A program made the position numbers and the translations under genes. A DNA stretch of 64,000 nt from Alphaproteobacteria bacterium. Lineage in GTDB: Bacteria > Pseudomonadota > Alphaproteobacteria > MPNO01. Shown piece by piece: positions 28,342-37,614 of this stretch. The DNA lies in contig CBDFLJ010000002.1 of assembly GCA_965248835.1 (NCBI GenBank), forward strand, positions 1,568,001 to 1,632,000. The letters run 5' to 3'. The first letter of the stretch is position 1, and each line of letters opens with the position of its first letter. A model generated the notes under the pieces. The model was given only the letters and a program-made list of their open reading frames with translations. It was not told where the DNA came from and searched no databases.

Positions 28342-29658
28342 ATGTCCCGTAGCGTCGCCGTCGTGGGGTCGGGTCCCGGCGGCATGTATGTTGCCCAAGG
28401 GCTGATCGACAAGTTGCCCGGCTGTCGGGTCGACGTGTTCGACCGACTGCCCTCGCCTTTCGGGCTGATCCGCGGCGGCGTAGCGCCGGATCATCAGAAA
28501 ACCAAGCGCGTCAGCCGTGCCTTCGAGAAGACCATGCTTGCCGAGGGCGCGCGCTTCATCGGCAATGTCGAGGTCGGCCGCGACATCGAGATCGGCGCGC
28601 TGGAGGAGGCCTACGACGCGGTCGTGCTCGCCTATGGCGCGCCTTTCGACAACCGGCTCGGGATCCCCGGCGAGGACAAGATCAACGTCTTCGGCTCCAA
28701 CGCCTTCGTAGGCTGGTACAACTGCCACCCGGACTTCATCGACCTGAACCCGGACCTCAACGTGTCTGCGGTCGCGGTGATCGGCGTGGGCAATGTCGCC
28801 GTCGATGTCGCCCGGGTGCTCGCCAAGACGCCGAAGGAGATGTCGGTCACCGATCTGGCGCCCTATGCCGGGCCGGCGATTGACGCGGCCCCGATCCGCG
28901 ACATCTACATGTTCGGCAGGCGCGGGCCGGTCGAGGCGGCGTTCACCAACGTCGAGCTCCGCGAGATGGGCGAGCTCGAGAACGCGCAGCCCATCGTCAA
29001 TCTCGGCCACCTGCCCGAGGAGGTCGTTGCCCCCTACATGTCCGATCGCGACCTGCGCCTGAGTGCCAGGAACGTCGCCACCATGCGCGGCTTCGATGCC
29101 GTCGGCAGCGAGGGCAAGGCCAAGCGCGTCCATTTCAGCTTTTTCGCAAGCCCGTTGGAAATCCTGGGCGGTGACCGGGTCGAGGGTGTGCGCCTGGAAC
29201 GCACCCGGGTCGAGGACGGCCGCTGCATCCCGATCGGCGAGACCTTCGAGGTCGCGTGCGGGCTGGTGATTACCTGCATCGGCAGCCGCGCCGACCCGCT
29301 CGACAGCGTGCCGTTCGACGACCGCAAGGGGATTGTGATCCACGAGAACGGCCGGGTGCGGCCCGGCCTGTACGCCGCCGGCTGGGTCAAGCGCGGCGCG
29401 ACGGGAACCATCGGCACCAACAAGAACGATTCGCTGGCCGTGGTCGACCTCCTGATCGGCGACCTCGCCGGCCCCGAGAAAAACGGACCGGCCGCATTCG
29501 ATGCCATCGCACAGGAGCGGAGCTTGCGGGTCGTCAGCTACCCCGACTGGCAGATCATCGACCGCCTGGAGACCGAAGCCGCCCCGCCGGGCGCCCCACG
29601 CAGGAAATTCGTCACGCCGGAAGAAATGCTTGCGGCGCTAGGCCAGCCGCCGCAATAG
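28342..29658 (+). CDS. Ferredoxin-NADP(+) reductase, FprA/adrenodoxin reductase type
   Basis: VGSGPGG, PFGLIRGGVAPDH, FVGWYN.HPD, IGVGNVAVDVAR, GWVKRG.TG.IGTN. Confidence 0.9.
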   Translation: MSRSVAVVGSGPGGMYVAQGLIDKLPGCRVDVFDRLPSPFGLIRGGVAPDHQKTKRVSRAFEKTMLAEGARFIGNVEVGRDIEIGALEEAYDAVVLAYGAPFDNRLGIPGEDKINVFGSNAFVGWYNCHPDFIDLNPDLNVSAVAVIGVGNVAVDVARVLAKTPKEMSVTDLAPYAGPAIDAAPIRDIYMFGRRGPVEAAFTNVELREMGELENAQPIVNLGHLPEEVVAPYMSDRDLRLSARNVATMRGFDAVGSEGKAKRVHFSFFASPLEILGGDRVEGVRLERTRVEDGRCIPIGETFEVACGLVITCIGSRADPLDSVPFDDRKGIVIHENGRVRPGLYAAGWVKRGATGTIGTNKNDSLAVVDLLIGDLAGPEKNGPAAFDAIAQERSLRVVSYPDWQIIDRLETEAAPPGAPRRKFVTPEEMLAALGQPPQ

Positions 29659-30096
29659 CGCCAGGAAGGTCCGCCGCTCCACCTCGCTCAAAGGTGCGAG
29701 CGTCGCATCGGTAATCGCGCGGCCGTTCCGCGTGATCGCTGCAACGAGATCGCGGCCTGACGCGGTCAGGCTGAGGACGAGGCGGCGGCGGTCGGACGCA
29801 TCGGGGCGGCGGTCGATCAGCCTGCGGGCCAACAAGCGCTTGATCACGCCGTGCATGGTGGCCGCGTCCATTGCGGTCCGGCGGCCGAGCTCGTTCTGGG
29901 AGACCTCGCCAAGGTCGCCGAGCTTGACCAGGGCTGCGAACTGCAGCGGCGTGGCCTGGTCGTCGCCGACCATCGACTGGAAGATCACCGCATGCCGCTG
30001 GTGCGCTCGGCGCAGCAGGTGGCCGACCTGGTCCTCCAGGACATAGTCCGCGGCAGGAACAAGTTCGGCTTCTGCGGAATCAGCGGCCGGTTTCAT
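29638..30096 (-). CDS. nicR: MarR family regulator, NicR-like
   Basis: YVLEDQVGHLLRRAHQRHAVIF, D.ATM.GVIKRL, DRRR; context next to nicotinate genes; alternative start at 30114. Confidence 0.75.
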   Translation of the reverse strand: MKPAADSAEAELVPAADYVLEDQVGHLLRRAHQRHAVIFQSMVGDDQATPLQFAALVKLGDLGEVSQNELGRRTAMDAATMHGVIKRLLARRLIDRRPDASDRRRLVLSLTASGRDLVAAITRNGRAITDATLAPLSEVERRTFLALLRRLA

Positions 30097-30114
30097 CGAA
30101 CGGCCGATCCTCAT

Positions 30115-30159
30115 AATTGTTCGTATACAAACGATGGCCGAGCCCTGGAGTCGTGTCAA
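30115..30159 (-). promoter_or_regulatory. Candidate autoregulated promoter and operator of the MarR gene
   Basis: Minus strand TTGACA-N17-CATCGT overlapping the near-palindrome GTTCGTATACAAAC (30119-30132). Confidence 0.65.
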
Positions 30160-30228
30160 GCCGACGGCTCGATCAGACCATGTATGCGCGGCGGCATGGA
30201 CCCCGGCGCGGGGCCGGGATGGACGGGT

Positions 30229-31452
30229 TCAGATCACCTCGGCCTCGCGTAGTGCGGCGATGGCGCTTGCGTCGAGGCCCAGCACGTCGGCAAGCACCGT
30301 CTCGGTGTGCTCTCCCAGCACCGGGGCGGCACCGGGGTAGTCGTGCGGGTGACCGACATAGCGGATCGGGTTGGCGACGCCCGGGACCGTGCCGGCTTCG
30401 GCATGGGAAAGCGCGATCCGCGTGCCGCGGTGTCGGGTCTGGGGGTCGGAAAAGATCTGGGCGAGGTCGTTGATCGGGCCGCACGGCACGCCGACGGCTT
30501 CGAGGTCGGCAAGCCACGCCGCGCGGGTCCTGGTCGCCATCATGTCGGCGATCTCGGCGACCAGCTCCTCACGGTGTGCGACACGGCCGGCATTGGTGGC
30601 ATAACGCGCATCCCCGGCCAGATCCGGCCGGCCGCCGGCATGGCAGAACCGATCGAACTGGGCATCGTTGCCGACCGCGACGATCACATGATCGTCTGCG
30701 GTCTTGAACGACTGGTATGGCACGATGTTGGGATGCGCGTTGCCCATCCGACCGGGCGCCGTGCCGGTCGCCAGAAAATTCATCGCCTGATTGGCGGTCG
30801 CGGCCACGGTGACGTCGAACAGGGCCATGTCGACGTGGCGGCCCTGGCCGGTCCGATCGCGCTCGCGCACCGCAGCCAGGGCAGCGATCGTGGTGTAGAG
30901 CCCGGTCAAGACGTCGGACAGCGCCACACCGATTTTCTGTGGACCGCCGCCCGGCACCCCGTCGCGTTCGCCGGTGATCGACATGAAGCCGCCCATCGCC
31001 TGGATCATGAAGTCATAGCCCGCGCGCTTGGCGTAGGGTCCGGTCTGGCCGAACCCGGTGATCGAGCAGTAGATCAGCCCGGGATTGACTTCCTTGAGGT
31101 CGTCATAGGCCAGCCCGTAGCGGGCCAGCCCGCCGACCTTGTAGTTCTCCAGCAGGATGTCGGATTTGCCGGCCAGTTCGCGGGCGATGCGCTGGCCGTC
31201 GGGCTTGGCCAGATCGAGCGTGACCGACTTCTTGCCGCGGTTGGCACAGTGGAAATAGGCCGCGTCCGCGGTCTCGTTGCCCTCGCGGTCGCGGATGAAA
31301 GGCGGGCCCCAGACACGGGTGTCGTCGCCGGTGCCGGGACGCTCGATCTTGATCACCTCGGCGCCGAGGTCGGCCATCGTCTGCCCGGCCCAGGGTCCGG
31401 CCAGAATTCGGCTGAAATCGAGGACCCGGAGCCCCGATAGCGGTCCGGACAT
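30229..31452 (-). CDS. CaiB/BaiF family III CoA-transferase (likely glutarate CoA-transferase)
   Basis: LSGLRVLDFSRILAGP, DLGAEVIKIERPG.GDDTR, NRGKKS, SITGFGQTGP, GYD; 3 bp downstream of gcdH. Confidence 0.9.
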   Translation of the reverse strand: MSGPLSGLRVLDFSRILAGPWAGQTMADLGAEVIKIERPGTGDDTRVWGPPFIRDREGNETADAAYFHCANRGKKSVTLDLAKPDGQRIARELAGKSDILLENYKVGGLARYGLAYDDLKEVNPGLIYCSITGFGQTGPYAKRAGYDFMIQAMGGFMSITGERDGVPGGGPQKIGVALSDVLTGLYTTIAALAAVRERDRTGQGRHVDMALFDVTVAATANQAMNFLATGTAPGRMGNAHPNIVPYQSFKTADDHVIVAVGNDAQFDRFCHAGGRPDLAGDARYATNAGRVAHREELVAEIADMMATRTRAAWLADLEAVGVPCGPINDLAQIFSDPQTRHRGTRIALSHAEAGTVPGVANPIRYVGHPHDYPGAAPVLGEHTETVLADVLGLDASAIAALREAEVI

Positions 31453-31455
31453 CGT

Positions 31456-32670
31456 CTACGTGAACGCCTGGATGCCGGTCTGCGCGCGCCCCAGGATCAG
31501 CGCGTGGATGTCATGGGTGCCCTCGTAGGTGACGATGGTTTCCATGTTCATCAAGTGGCGCATAACGTGATACTCGTCGACGATCCCGTTGCCGCCGTGC
31601 ATGTCGCGCGCCTCGCGAATCATGTCGCGTGCCTTGCCGGTCGAGTTGCGCTTGAGCATCGAGATCGATTCGGGCGAACAGGTGCCATCGTCCATCATCC
31701 GGCCGAGCTGGAGACAGGCATGCAGACCGATTGAGATTTCGGTCTGCATGTCGGCGAGCTTTTTCTGGATGAGCTGGTTTGCCGCCAGGGGCCGGCCGAA
31801 CTGGCTGCGCTCCAGCGTGTACTGGCGCGCGGCGTGCCAGCAGAACTCCGCCGCACCCAGCGCGCCCCATGCGATGCCGTAGCGCGCGTTGTTGAGGCAG
31901 CCGAACGGCCCGCCGAGCCCCTTTGCGTGCGGCAGACGGTTCTCCGCCGGGACGAAGACATCCTCCATCACGATCTCGCCGGTGACCGAGGCGCGCAGCG
32001 ACAGCTTTCCGGTGAGCTTGGGCGCACTCAGCCCCTTCATCCCGCGCTCCAGAATGAAGCCGCTGATCACGTCATCGTCGTCCTTCGCCCAGACGACGAA
32101 CACGTCGGCGATCGGCGCGTTGGAGATCCACATCTTGGTGCCCTTGAGCACGTACCCGCCGTCGACCGACCGGGCGCGGGTCCTCATTCCGCCCGGATCG
32201 GAGCCGTGGTCGGGCTCGGTCAGCCCGAAAGCGCCGACCCATTCGCCGGTCGCGAGCCTGGGCAGATATTTCTGGCGCTGCTCCTCGGTGCCGTAGTTGT
32301 AGATCGGCCACATCACCAGCGAGGACTGCACCGACAGCGTCGAACGGTAGGAGGAATCGACGGCCTCGATTTCGCGCGCGATCAGCCCGTAGCAGACATA
32401 GTTGGCACCGGCGCAGCCATAGCCATGGATGGTCGAGCCGAGGAAGCCGAGCGCGCCCAGTTCGTTGATGATCTCGCGGTCGAAGGACTCCTCGTTATAG
32501 GCCTCGATGATCCGCGGCAGCAGCTTCTCCCGGGCATACTGGCGGGCGGTGTCGCGCGCGAGCCGCTCGTCCTCGCGGAGCTGGGTTTCGAACAGAAGCG
32601 GGTCCTGCCAGTCGAACTTGGCCCATTTGCGTGGGGTATGCCCGCTCCCGGCCTCGACCTTCGTCGCCAT
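31456..32670 (-). CDS. gcdH: Glutaryl-CoA dehydrogenase
   Basis: [67 protein letters not shown]. Confidence 0.95.
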   Translation of the reverse strand: MATKVEAGSGHTPRKWAKFDWQDPLLFETQLREDERLARDTARQYAREKLLPRIIEAYNEESFDREIINELGALGFLGSTIHGYGCAGANYVCYGLIAREIEAVDSSYRSTLSVQSSLVMWPIYNYGTEEQRQKYLPRLATGEWVGAFGLTEPDHGSDPGGMRTRARSVDGGYVLKGTKMWISNAPIADVFVVWAKDDDDVISGFILERGMKGLSAPKLTGKLSLRASVTGEIVMEDVFVPAENRLPHAKGLGGPFGCLNNARYGIAWGALGAAEFCWHAARQYTLERSQFGRPLAANQLIQKKLADMQTEISIGLHACLQLGRMMDDGTCSPESISMLKRNSTGKARDMIREARDMHGGNGIVDEYHVMRHLMNMETIVTYEGTHDIHALILGRAQTGIQAFT

Positions 32671-32801
32671 GGCTCTTGATCCTTCATTGTCCCAGCCCGG
32701 TTTCTCGGCCGGACTATAGGCGAAAATACCGGGCGTGTGTATTGACGGCACCGGCGGAATTTGGCCAAACCTTGACCAGCGAACAATTGCCGGAGGCGGG
32801 T

Positions 32802-34208
32802 ATGCCGCACACGCTGAGGTCTTTCCTCGAATCGATCGACAACCGAATGCTGCATATCCACGATCCCATCAGCCCGGAAAGCCAGGTCGGCTATCTGTGC
32901 TCGGAGAGCCGGGGACCGCTGATGTTCCACAACCTGACCGGCTATCCCGGCTGGCGGCTGACCGACATCCTGATCAAGGACCGCGCCGGCCAGGCTGCAG
33001 CCTTCGGCCTCGACGACACCAACGAGGTCTGCCCCTACCTCGCCGGGCGAATGGCAAGCCGGCGCGGAAACTCGGTGATGGTGGACGACGGCCCGGTCAA
33101 GGATATCAAGATGCTGGGGGCGGACGTCAACCTCCACAAGCTGCCCATCCCGCAGCATTCCGTGGGCGACGGCGGGCGCTACCTGGGATCGGGCATCACT
33201 ATCACGAAAGACCCCGAAACCGGCATCCGCAACGAATCCATCATCCGGATGATGCTCACCGAAGACCCCCAGAAGGCGACCTTCTGGATGGCCGCACGAC
33301 ACAACTACGCCCATTATCTCAAATACATCGCCAAGGACGAGCCGATGCCGATGGCCTTCGCCATCGGGCTCCACCCGGTCTACGAGATCATGGCCAACTG
33401 GTCGGGCCGGCACGAGGACTTCGACGAGCTCGAATACGGCGCCGGCATCCTCGGCGAGGACATCGAGATGGTCCGCTGCGAGACCATCGATCTCGAGGTC
33501 CCGGCCCATGCCGAGCTGGTGATCGAGGGCATGGTCCACCCCCATGACCGCATCCCGGAAGGCCCGTTCGGCGAGTTCACCACCTTCGGCTCGGGCGCCG
33601 AGGGGCCGGCGCCGGTCTTCCAGATCACCGGGGTGACACACCGCAAGGACCCGATCTTCCGCCACATGCAGGCCACCTGGTTCACCGATCACCAGCCGCT
33701 GATCACCCTGCCGATGGAGGCGACCTACTACAACCGGCTGCGCGACACCCACGGCAACACCAACATCAAGGACGTCTTCGTGCCGCCCTGGGCGTCCCAG
33801 TTCATGATGATCATCCAGATGGAGGCGAAGTGGGACGGCCAGGCGCGCGATGTCCTGATGTCGGCGCTCACCGGACCCAACCTCCACGTCAAGGTCGCGG
33901 TCGCGGTCGATGAGGACGTCGACATCTACAACGCCGAGGACGTGCTGTGGGCGATCGCGTGCCGCACCAACCCGGCCGACCAGGTCCACATCATGCCGGG
34001 CTCCCGGCTGCACCCGCTCGACATCTCGATCCCCGAGATCGGCGACGACTACACCGTGATGCGGATCGGCGGGAAGATGGCCATCGACGCCACCAAGCCG
34101 CCGACCTGGCGGGCGGACGAACGCCGCAAGTTCGCCCGCGTCGACCCGATGGGCAAGAACGACCCGGCAATCGCCGACATCCTCCAACAGGTCCGCGCGG
34201 CGCGTTAG
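32802..34208 (+). CDS. UbiD family (de)carboxylase #2
   Basis: [49 protein letters not shown]; GGAGG RBS. Confidence 0.92.
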   Translation: MPHTLRSFLESIDNRMLHIHDPISPESQVGYLCSESRGPLMFHNLTGYPGWRLTDILIKDRAGQAAAFGLDDTNEVCPYLAGRMASRRGNSVMVDDGPVKDIKMLGADVNLHKLPIPQHSVGDGGRYLGSGITITKDPETGIRNESIIRMMLTEDPQKATFWMAARHNYAHYLKYIAKDEPMPMAFAIGLHPVYEIMANWSGRHEDFDELEYGAGILGEDIEMVRCETIDLEVPAHAELVIEGMVHPHDRIPEGPFGEFTTFGSGAEGPAPVFQITGVTHRKDPIFRHMQATWFTDHQPLITLPMEATYYNRLRDTHGNTNIKDVFVPPWASQFMMIIQMEAKWDGQARDVLMSALTGPNLHVKVAVAVDEDVDIYNAEDVLWAIACRTNPADQVHIMPGSRLHPLDISIPEIGDDYTVMRIGGKMAIDATKPPTWRADERRKFARVDPMGKNDPAIADILQQVRAAR

Positions 34209-34242
34209 AACCGGTTGCGGCACGGCGTCGGAGCGACAGCGG

Positions 34243-35457
34243 ATGACCAGCGTCTTCGCCATGCCGCGCAACGAGATCGCATCGATCGGACTGATCGCCT
34301 CGGGGCACGGCTTCAGCCATTTCTACATGCTGGCTCTGCCGCCCCTGTTTCCGCTGATGCGCACCGATCTGGACGTCAACTGGACGGCGCTGGGCCTGAT
34401 CCTGACCGTCTACGCGGTCGCCACTGGTGTCGCCCAGCTTCCTGCCGGGATCCTGGTCGACCGGATCGGCGCCCGCCCGGTGCTGCTTGCCGGGCTCACG
34501 GTACAGGCCGCCGCCTTCACCCTGGTGGCGCTGTTTCCGGGCTATTGGGCGCTGCTGGTGCTGATGTTCGTCGCCGGATTGGGCAATGCGGTCTTCCATC
34601 CGGCCGATTACGCGATCCTTGCGGCCCGGGTCGAGTCGGACCGCCAAGGCCGCGCTTTCGGCATCCACATCTTCTCCGGCTATGCCGGTTGGGTCGTGGC
34701 GCCACCGGCGATGCTGTTCCTGACCTCGTTCTGGGACTGGCCGACGGCGTGCTCGATCGCCGGCGTGATCGGCCTGCTGTTCGTGGCCGTGGCCGCCCTG
34801 TTCCGCGATGCGCTGAGCGATACGGCGGTGCGGGGCATGGGCGGGGCCGAAGAGCGCGGGCCGAAGCCGTCGGCCGCAAGGACCACGCTTTCGGTGATCA
34901 CCGCGCCTGCAGTGCTGCTGTTCTTCCTGTTCTTTCTGGCGCTGGCGACCGGTACCGTGGGCATCATGAGCTTCGCGGTGGTTGCCCTGGTCGAGCTCTA
35001 CGGCGCCTCGCTGCAGATGGCCAATGCCCAGCTCACCGGCTATTTCACGGCAGCGGCAGTGGGCGTCCTGATCGGCGGGGTGATAGCCGACAAGGTGAAG
35101 GACCACGAAAAGCTCGCCGCGCTTTGCTTCGTCGCCTCGGCCCTGTTCCTCGGCGTGATCGCGCTCAAGATCATGCCGATCGCCTATGTCGCGATCCCGA
35201 TGGCGGCAAGCGCCTTCACGGTCGCGCTGGTCAGCCCCTCGCGCGACCTGATGGTGCGTAATATCTGCCCGCCGGGAACGATCGGCACGGTCTTCGGCTT
35301 CGTTACCACCGGGTTCTCGGTCGGGACGGCGGTCGGCCCGCCGGTCTTCGGCCTGTTCGCCGACATCGGCATGCCCGAGATGGTCTTCTGGCTATCGGGC
35401 CTGATCACCATGTTCTGTATCGTCTCGATCTACGCCGCCAAGGCGGCAGCGCGCTAG
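34243..35457 (+). CDS. MFS transporter (Fsr-like)
   Basis: About 12 TM segments, GILVDRIGAR motif A, GLGNAVFHP. Confidence 0.88.
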   Translation: MTSVFAMPRNEIASIGLIASGHGFSHFYMLALPPLFPLMRTDLDVNWTALGLILTVYAVATGVAQLPAGILVDRIGARPVLLAGLTVQAAAFTLVALFPGYWALLVLMFVAGLGNAVFHPADYAILAARVESDRQGRAFGIHIFSGYAGWVVAPPAMLFLTSFWDWPTACSIAGVIGLLFVAVAALFRDALSDTAVRGMGGAEERGPKPSAARTTLSVITAPAVLLFFLFFLALATGTVGIMSFAVVALVELYGASLQMANAQLTGYFTAAAVGVLIGGVIADKVKDHEKLAALCFVASALFLGVIALKIMPIAYVAIPMAASAFTVALVSPSRDLMVRNICPPGTIGTVFGFVTTGFSVGTAVGPPVFGLFADIGMPEMVFWLSGLITMFCIVSIYAAKAAAR

Positions 35458-35467
35458 GGGCGGCACC

Positions 35468-36421
35468 ATGAGAGGCCTCTGGCTGTGCGAGGGAAGACTG
35501 GCCTATCGCGAGGACATCCCCGCGCCCCGGCGCGCGCCCGGCGAGTGCATTGTCCGGGTCCGCCACGCCGGCATCTGCTCGACCGACATTGCGATGCTGG
35601 GCGGGCTCTACCCGTTCGAAGGCGTCCTGGGCCACGAGTTCGTCGGTATCGTCGAGGACGGACCCGATGCGCTCGCCGGCCGGCGGGTGGTGGGTGAGAT
35701 CAACGCGTGCTGCGGCGTCTGCGATTACTGCCGCGGCGCGCTGCGCAAGCATTGCCCCAACCGGACGGTGATCGGCATCCTCGGCCGCAACGGCGCGTTC
35801 GCAGAGCGGATCGTCCTGCCGGAGGAGAACCTGCACGTCGTTCCGGACTCGGTGCCCGACCGCGCGGCGGTGTTCACCGAGCCCTTGGCGGCCGCCCTCG
35901 ACATCCTCGAACGCGTCGAGATCGGCCCCGACGACCGGGTTCTGCTGGTCGGTGCCGGCAAGCTCGGCCAGCTCCTCGCCCGCGTCCTGGCGACCACCGG
36001 GTGTACCCTGGACATCATCGTGCGCAGCCCGTCCAAGGCCGCGCGGCTCGACGGCGTGGACGCGCGGCTGATCGCCGCCGAGGACATGACCGCGCAAGCC
36101 TACGACATCGCCGTCGAATGCACCGGCAACCAGGACGGGCTCCTGGCGGCCCTTGCCGGCCTGCGGCCGCAAGGCGCGCTGGTGATGAAAAGCACCTTTC
36201 CCGGCCTGATCGCCGTCGACGTCACCAAGATCGTGGTCGACGAGATCCGCCTGATCGGCTCGCGCTGCGGCCCCTACGACAAGGCGCTTGCCCTGCTCGA
36301 GGGGGGCAAGGTCGATCCGCAGGCCCTGGTCGATGCCACCTACCGGCTCGCGGACGGACTTGCGGGCATCGCCAGGACGCGGGAGCCGGGAACGCTCAAG
36401 GTGCTGCCGGATCTGGACTGA
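35468..36421 (+). CDS. Zinc-dependent alcohol dehydrogenase (MDR family)
   Basis: GICSTD, GHEFVG, CGVCDYC..C, GAGKLG. Confidence 0.9.
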   Translation: MRGLWLCEGRLAYREDIPAPRRAPGECIVRVRHAGICSTDIAMLGGLYPFEGVLGHEFVGIVEDGPDALAGRRVVGEINACCGVCDYCRGALRKHCPNRTVIGILGRNGAFAERIVLPEENLHVVPDSVPDRAAVFTEPLAAALDILERVEIGPDDRVLLVGAGKLGQLLARVLATTGCTLDIIVRSPSKAARLDGVDARLIAAEDMTAQAYDIAVECTGNQDGLLAALAGLRPQGALVMKSTFPGLIAVDVTKIVVDEIRLIGSRCGPYDKALALLEGGKVDPQALVDATYRLADGLAGIARTREPGTLKVLPDLD

Positions 36422-36576
36422 CGGCCCGATCGACACTTGCCTGTTGCGAGAGCCGCGAGATCCTGGCCGCGGCGGCCGTCGAGGTCGTTGCTTTACGGTT
36501 GCTTTACGGTTGCGGGCGGTTTGTGTACCAGGAACATGTTCCAAACACGCTGGACCGGAAAGCGGCGAGACGACCG

Positions 36577-37458
36577 ATGACAGCACGACCGGAGAACCTC
36601 GACATGCGGGCGTTGCTGCCGCCGGCCGAGGAGCGCCAGCGCCTGATCGCCCAATGGCTCGCCGAGGACATCGGGCGCGGCGACATCACGACCGATTTCC
36701 TGATCCCGGCCGATGCCACGGCGCGTTTCGTGATGAACACCCGTGACGATGTGGTGGTCTGCGGCATCGATCTGGCACTGGAGATCTTTCGCCACCATGT
36801 GCCGGACTGTGAGGCCGGAGTGTTGACGCCGGACGGGACGCGAGCCGCGCCGGGCACGGCGCTCGCCCGCGTCAAAGGGCCGGCGCGCGGGCTTCTGACG
36901 GCCGAACGCACGGCGCTGAACCTCCTCCAGCTCCTGACCGGCATCGCCACTCGGACGGCGGCGTACGCGCGGCTGGTCGAGGGGACGGGGGCGACCCTGA
37001 TCGACACACGCAAGACCATCCCGGGTTTCCGGGTGCTGTCGAAATACGCTTCCTGCGTGGGCGGTGCGCGCAACCACCGGATCCGGCTCGACGACGGGCT
37101 GCTGCTCAAGGACAACCACATCGCGGTGTGCGGCTCGATCTCTGCCGCCGTAGCGCAGGCCAAGGCGCTGACCCCGTCATTGACCAAGATCGAGATCGAG
37201 TGCGACACGCTCGAGCAGGTCGCGGAATCGGCGGCGGCGGGCGCCGATGTGATCCTGCTCGACAACATGGACGCGGCCATGATGCGCGAGGCCGTCAGGA
37301 TCATCGCCGGCCGCGCCGAGTGCGAGGCCTCGGGCGGGATAACGCTCGAGACCATCCGCGAGAAGGCGCAAAGCGGAGTCGACTTCATTTCCGTCGGACG
37401 CATGACCCAGTCTGCGCCGGCGGCCGATATCGGCCTCGACGTCTCGATCGATAGCTGA
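36577..37458 (+). CDS. nadC: Quinolinate phosphoribosyltransferase (nicotinate-nucleotide diphosphorylase)
   Basis: EDIGRGDITT, AERTALN, DTRKT.PG, NHR, LKDNH, ILLDNM, EASGGI. Confidence 0.93.
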   Translation: MTARPENLDMRALLPPAEERQRLIAQWLAEDIGRGDITTDFLIPADATARFVMNTRDDVVVCGIDLALEIFRHHVPDCEAGVLTPDGTRAAPGTALARVKGPARGLLTAERTALNLLQLLTGIATRTAAYARLVEGTGATLIDTRKTIPGFRVLSKYASCVGGARNHRIRLDDGLLLKDNHIAVCGSISAAVAQAKALTPSLTKIEIECDTLEQVAESAAAGADVILLDNMDAAMMREAVRIIAGRAECEASGGITLETIREKAQSGVDFISVGRMTQSAPAADIGLDVSIDS

Positions 37459-37614
37459 GCGACAAAAGACACGCCCGGGGACGCTCTTTCCGGCGGTCGG
37501 GCATCGGGTGCCGGAGACCCTCGCCCGCCCGCGCCGGCGCGGGTTTCGAGATTGTGGAAGGCCGGGCCGCGGCCTATAAAAACTTCGATATCGCAACAAA
37601 TCGGGAGTACCGCG

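Noticed and set aside
29638-29658. Convergent 3' overlap of the reductase and MarR genes (also 43364-43367) as antisense regulation
   Set aside because: Short tail-to-tail overlaps are common in compact high-GC genomes and nothing else supports a function
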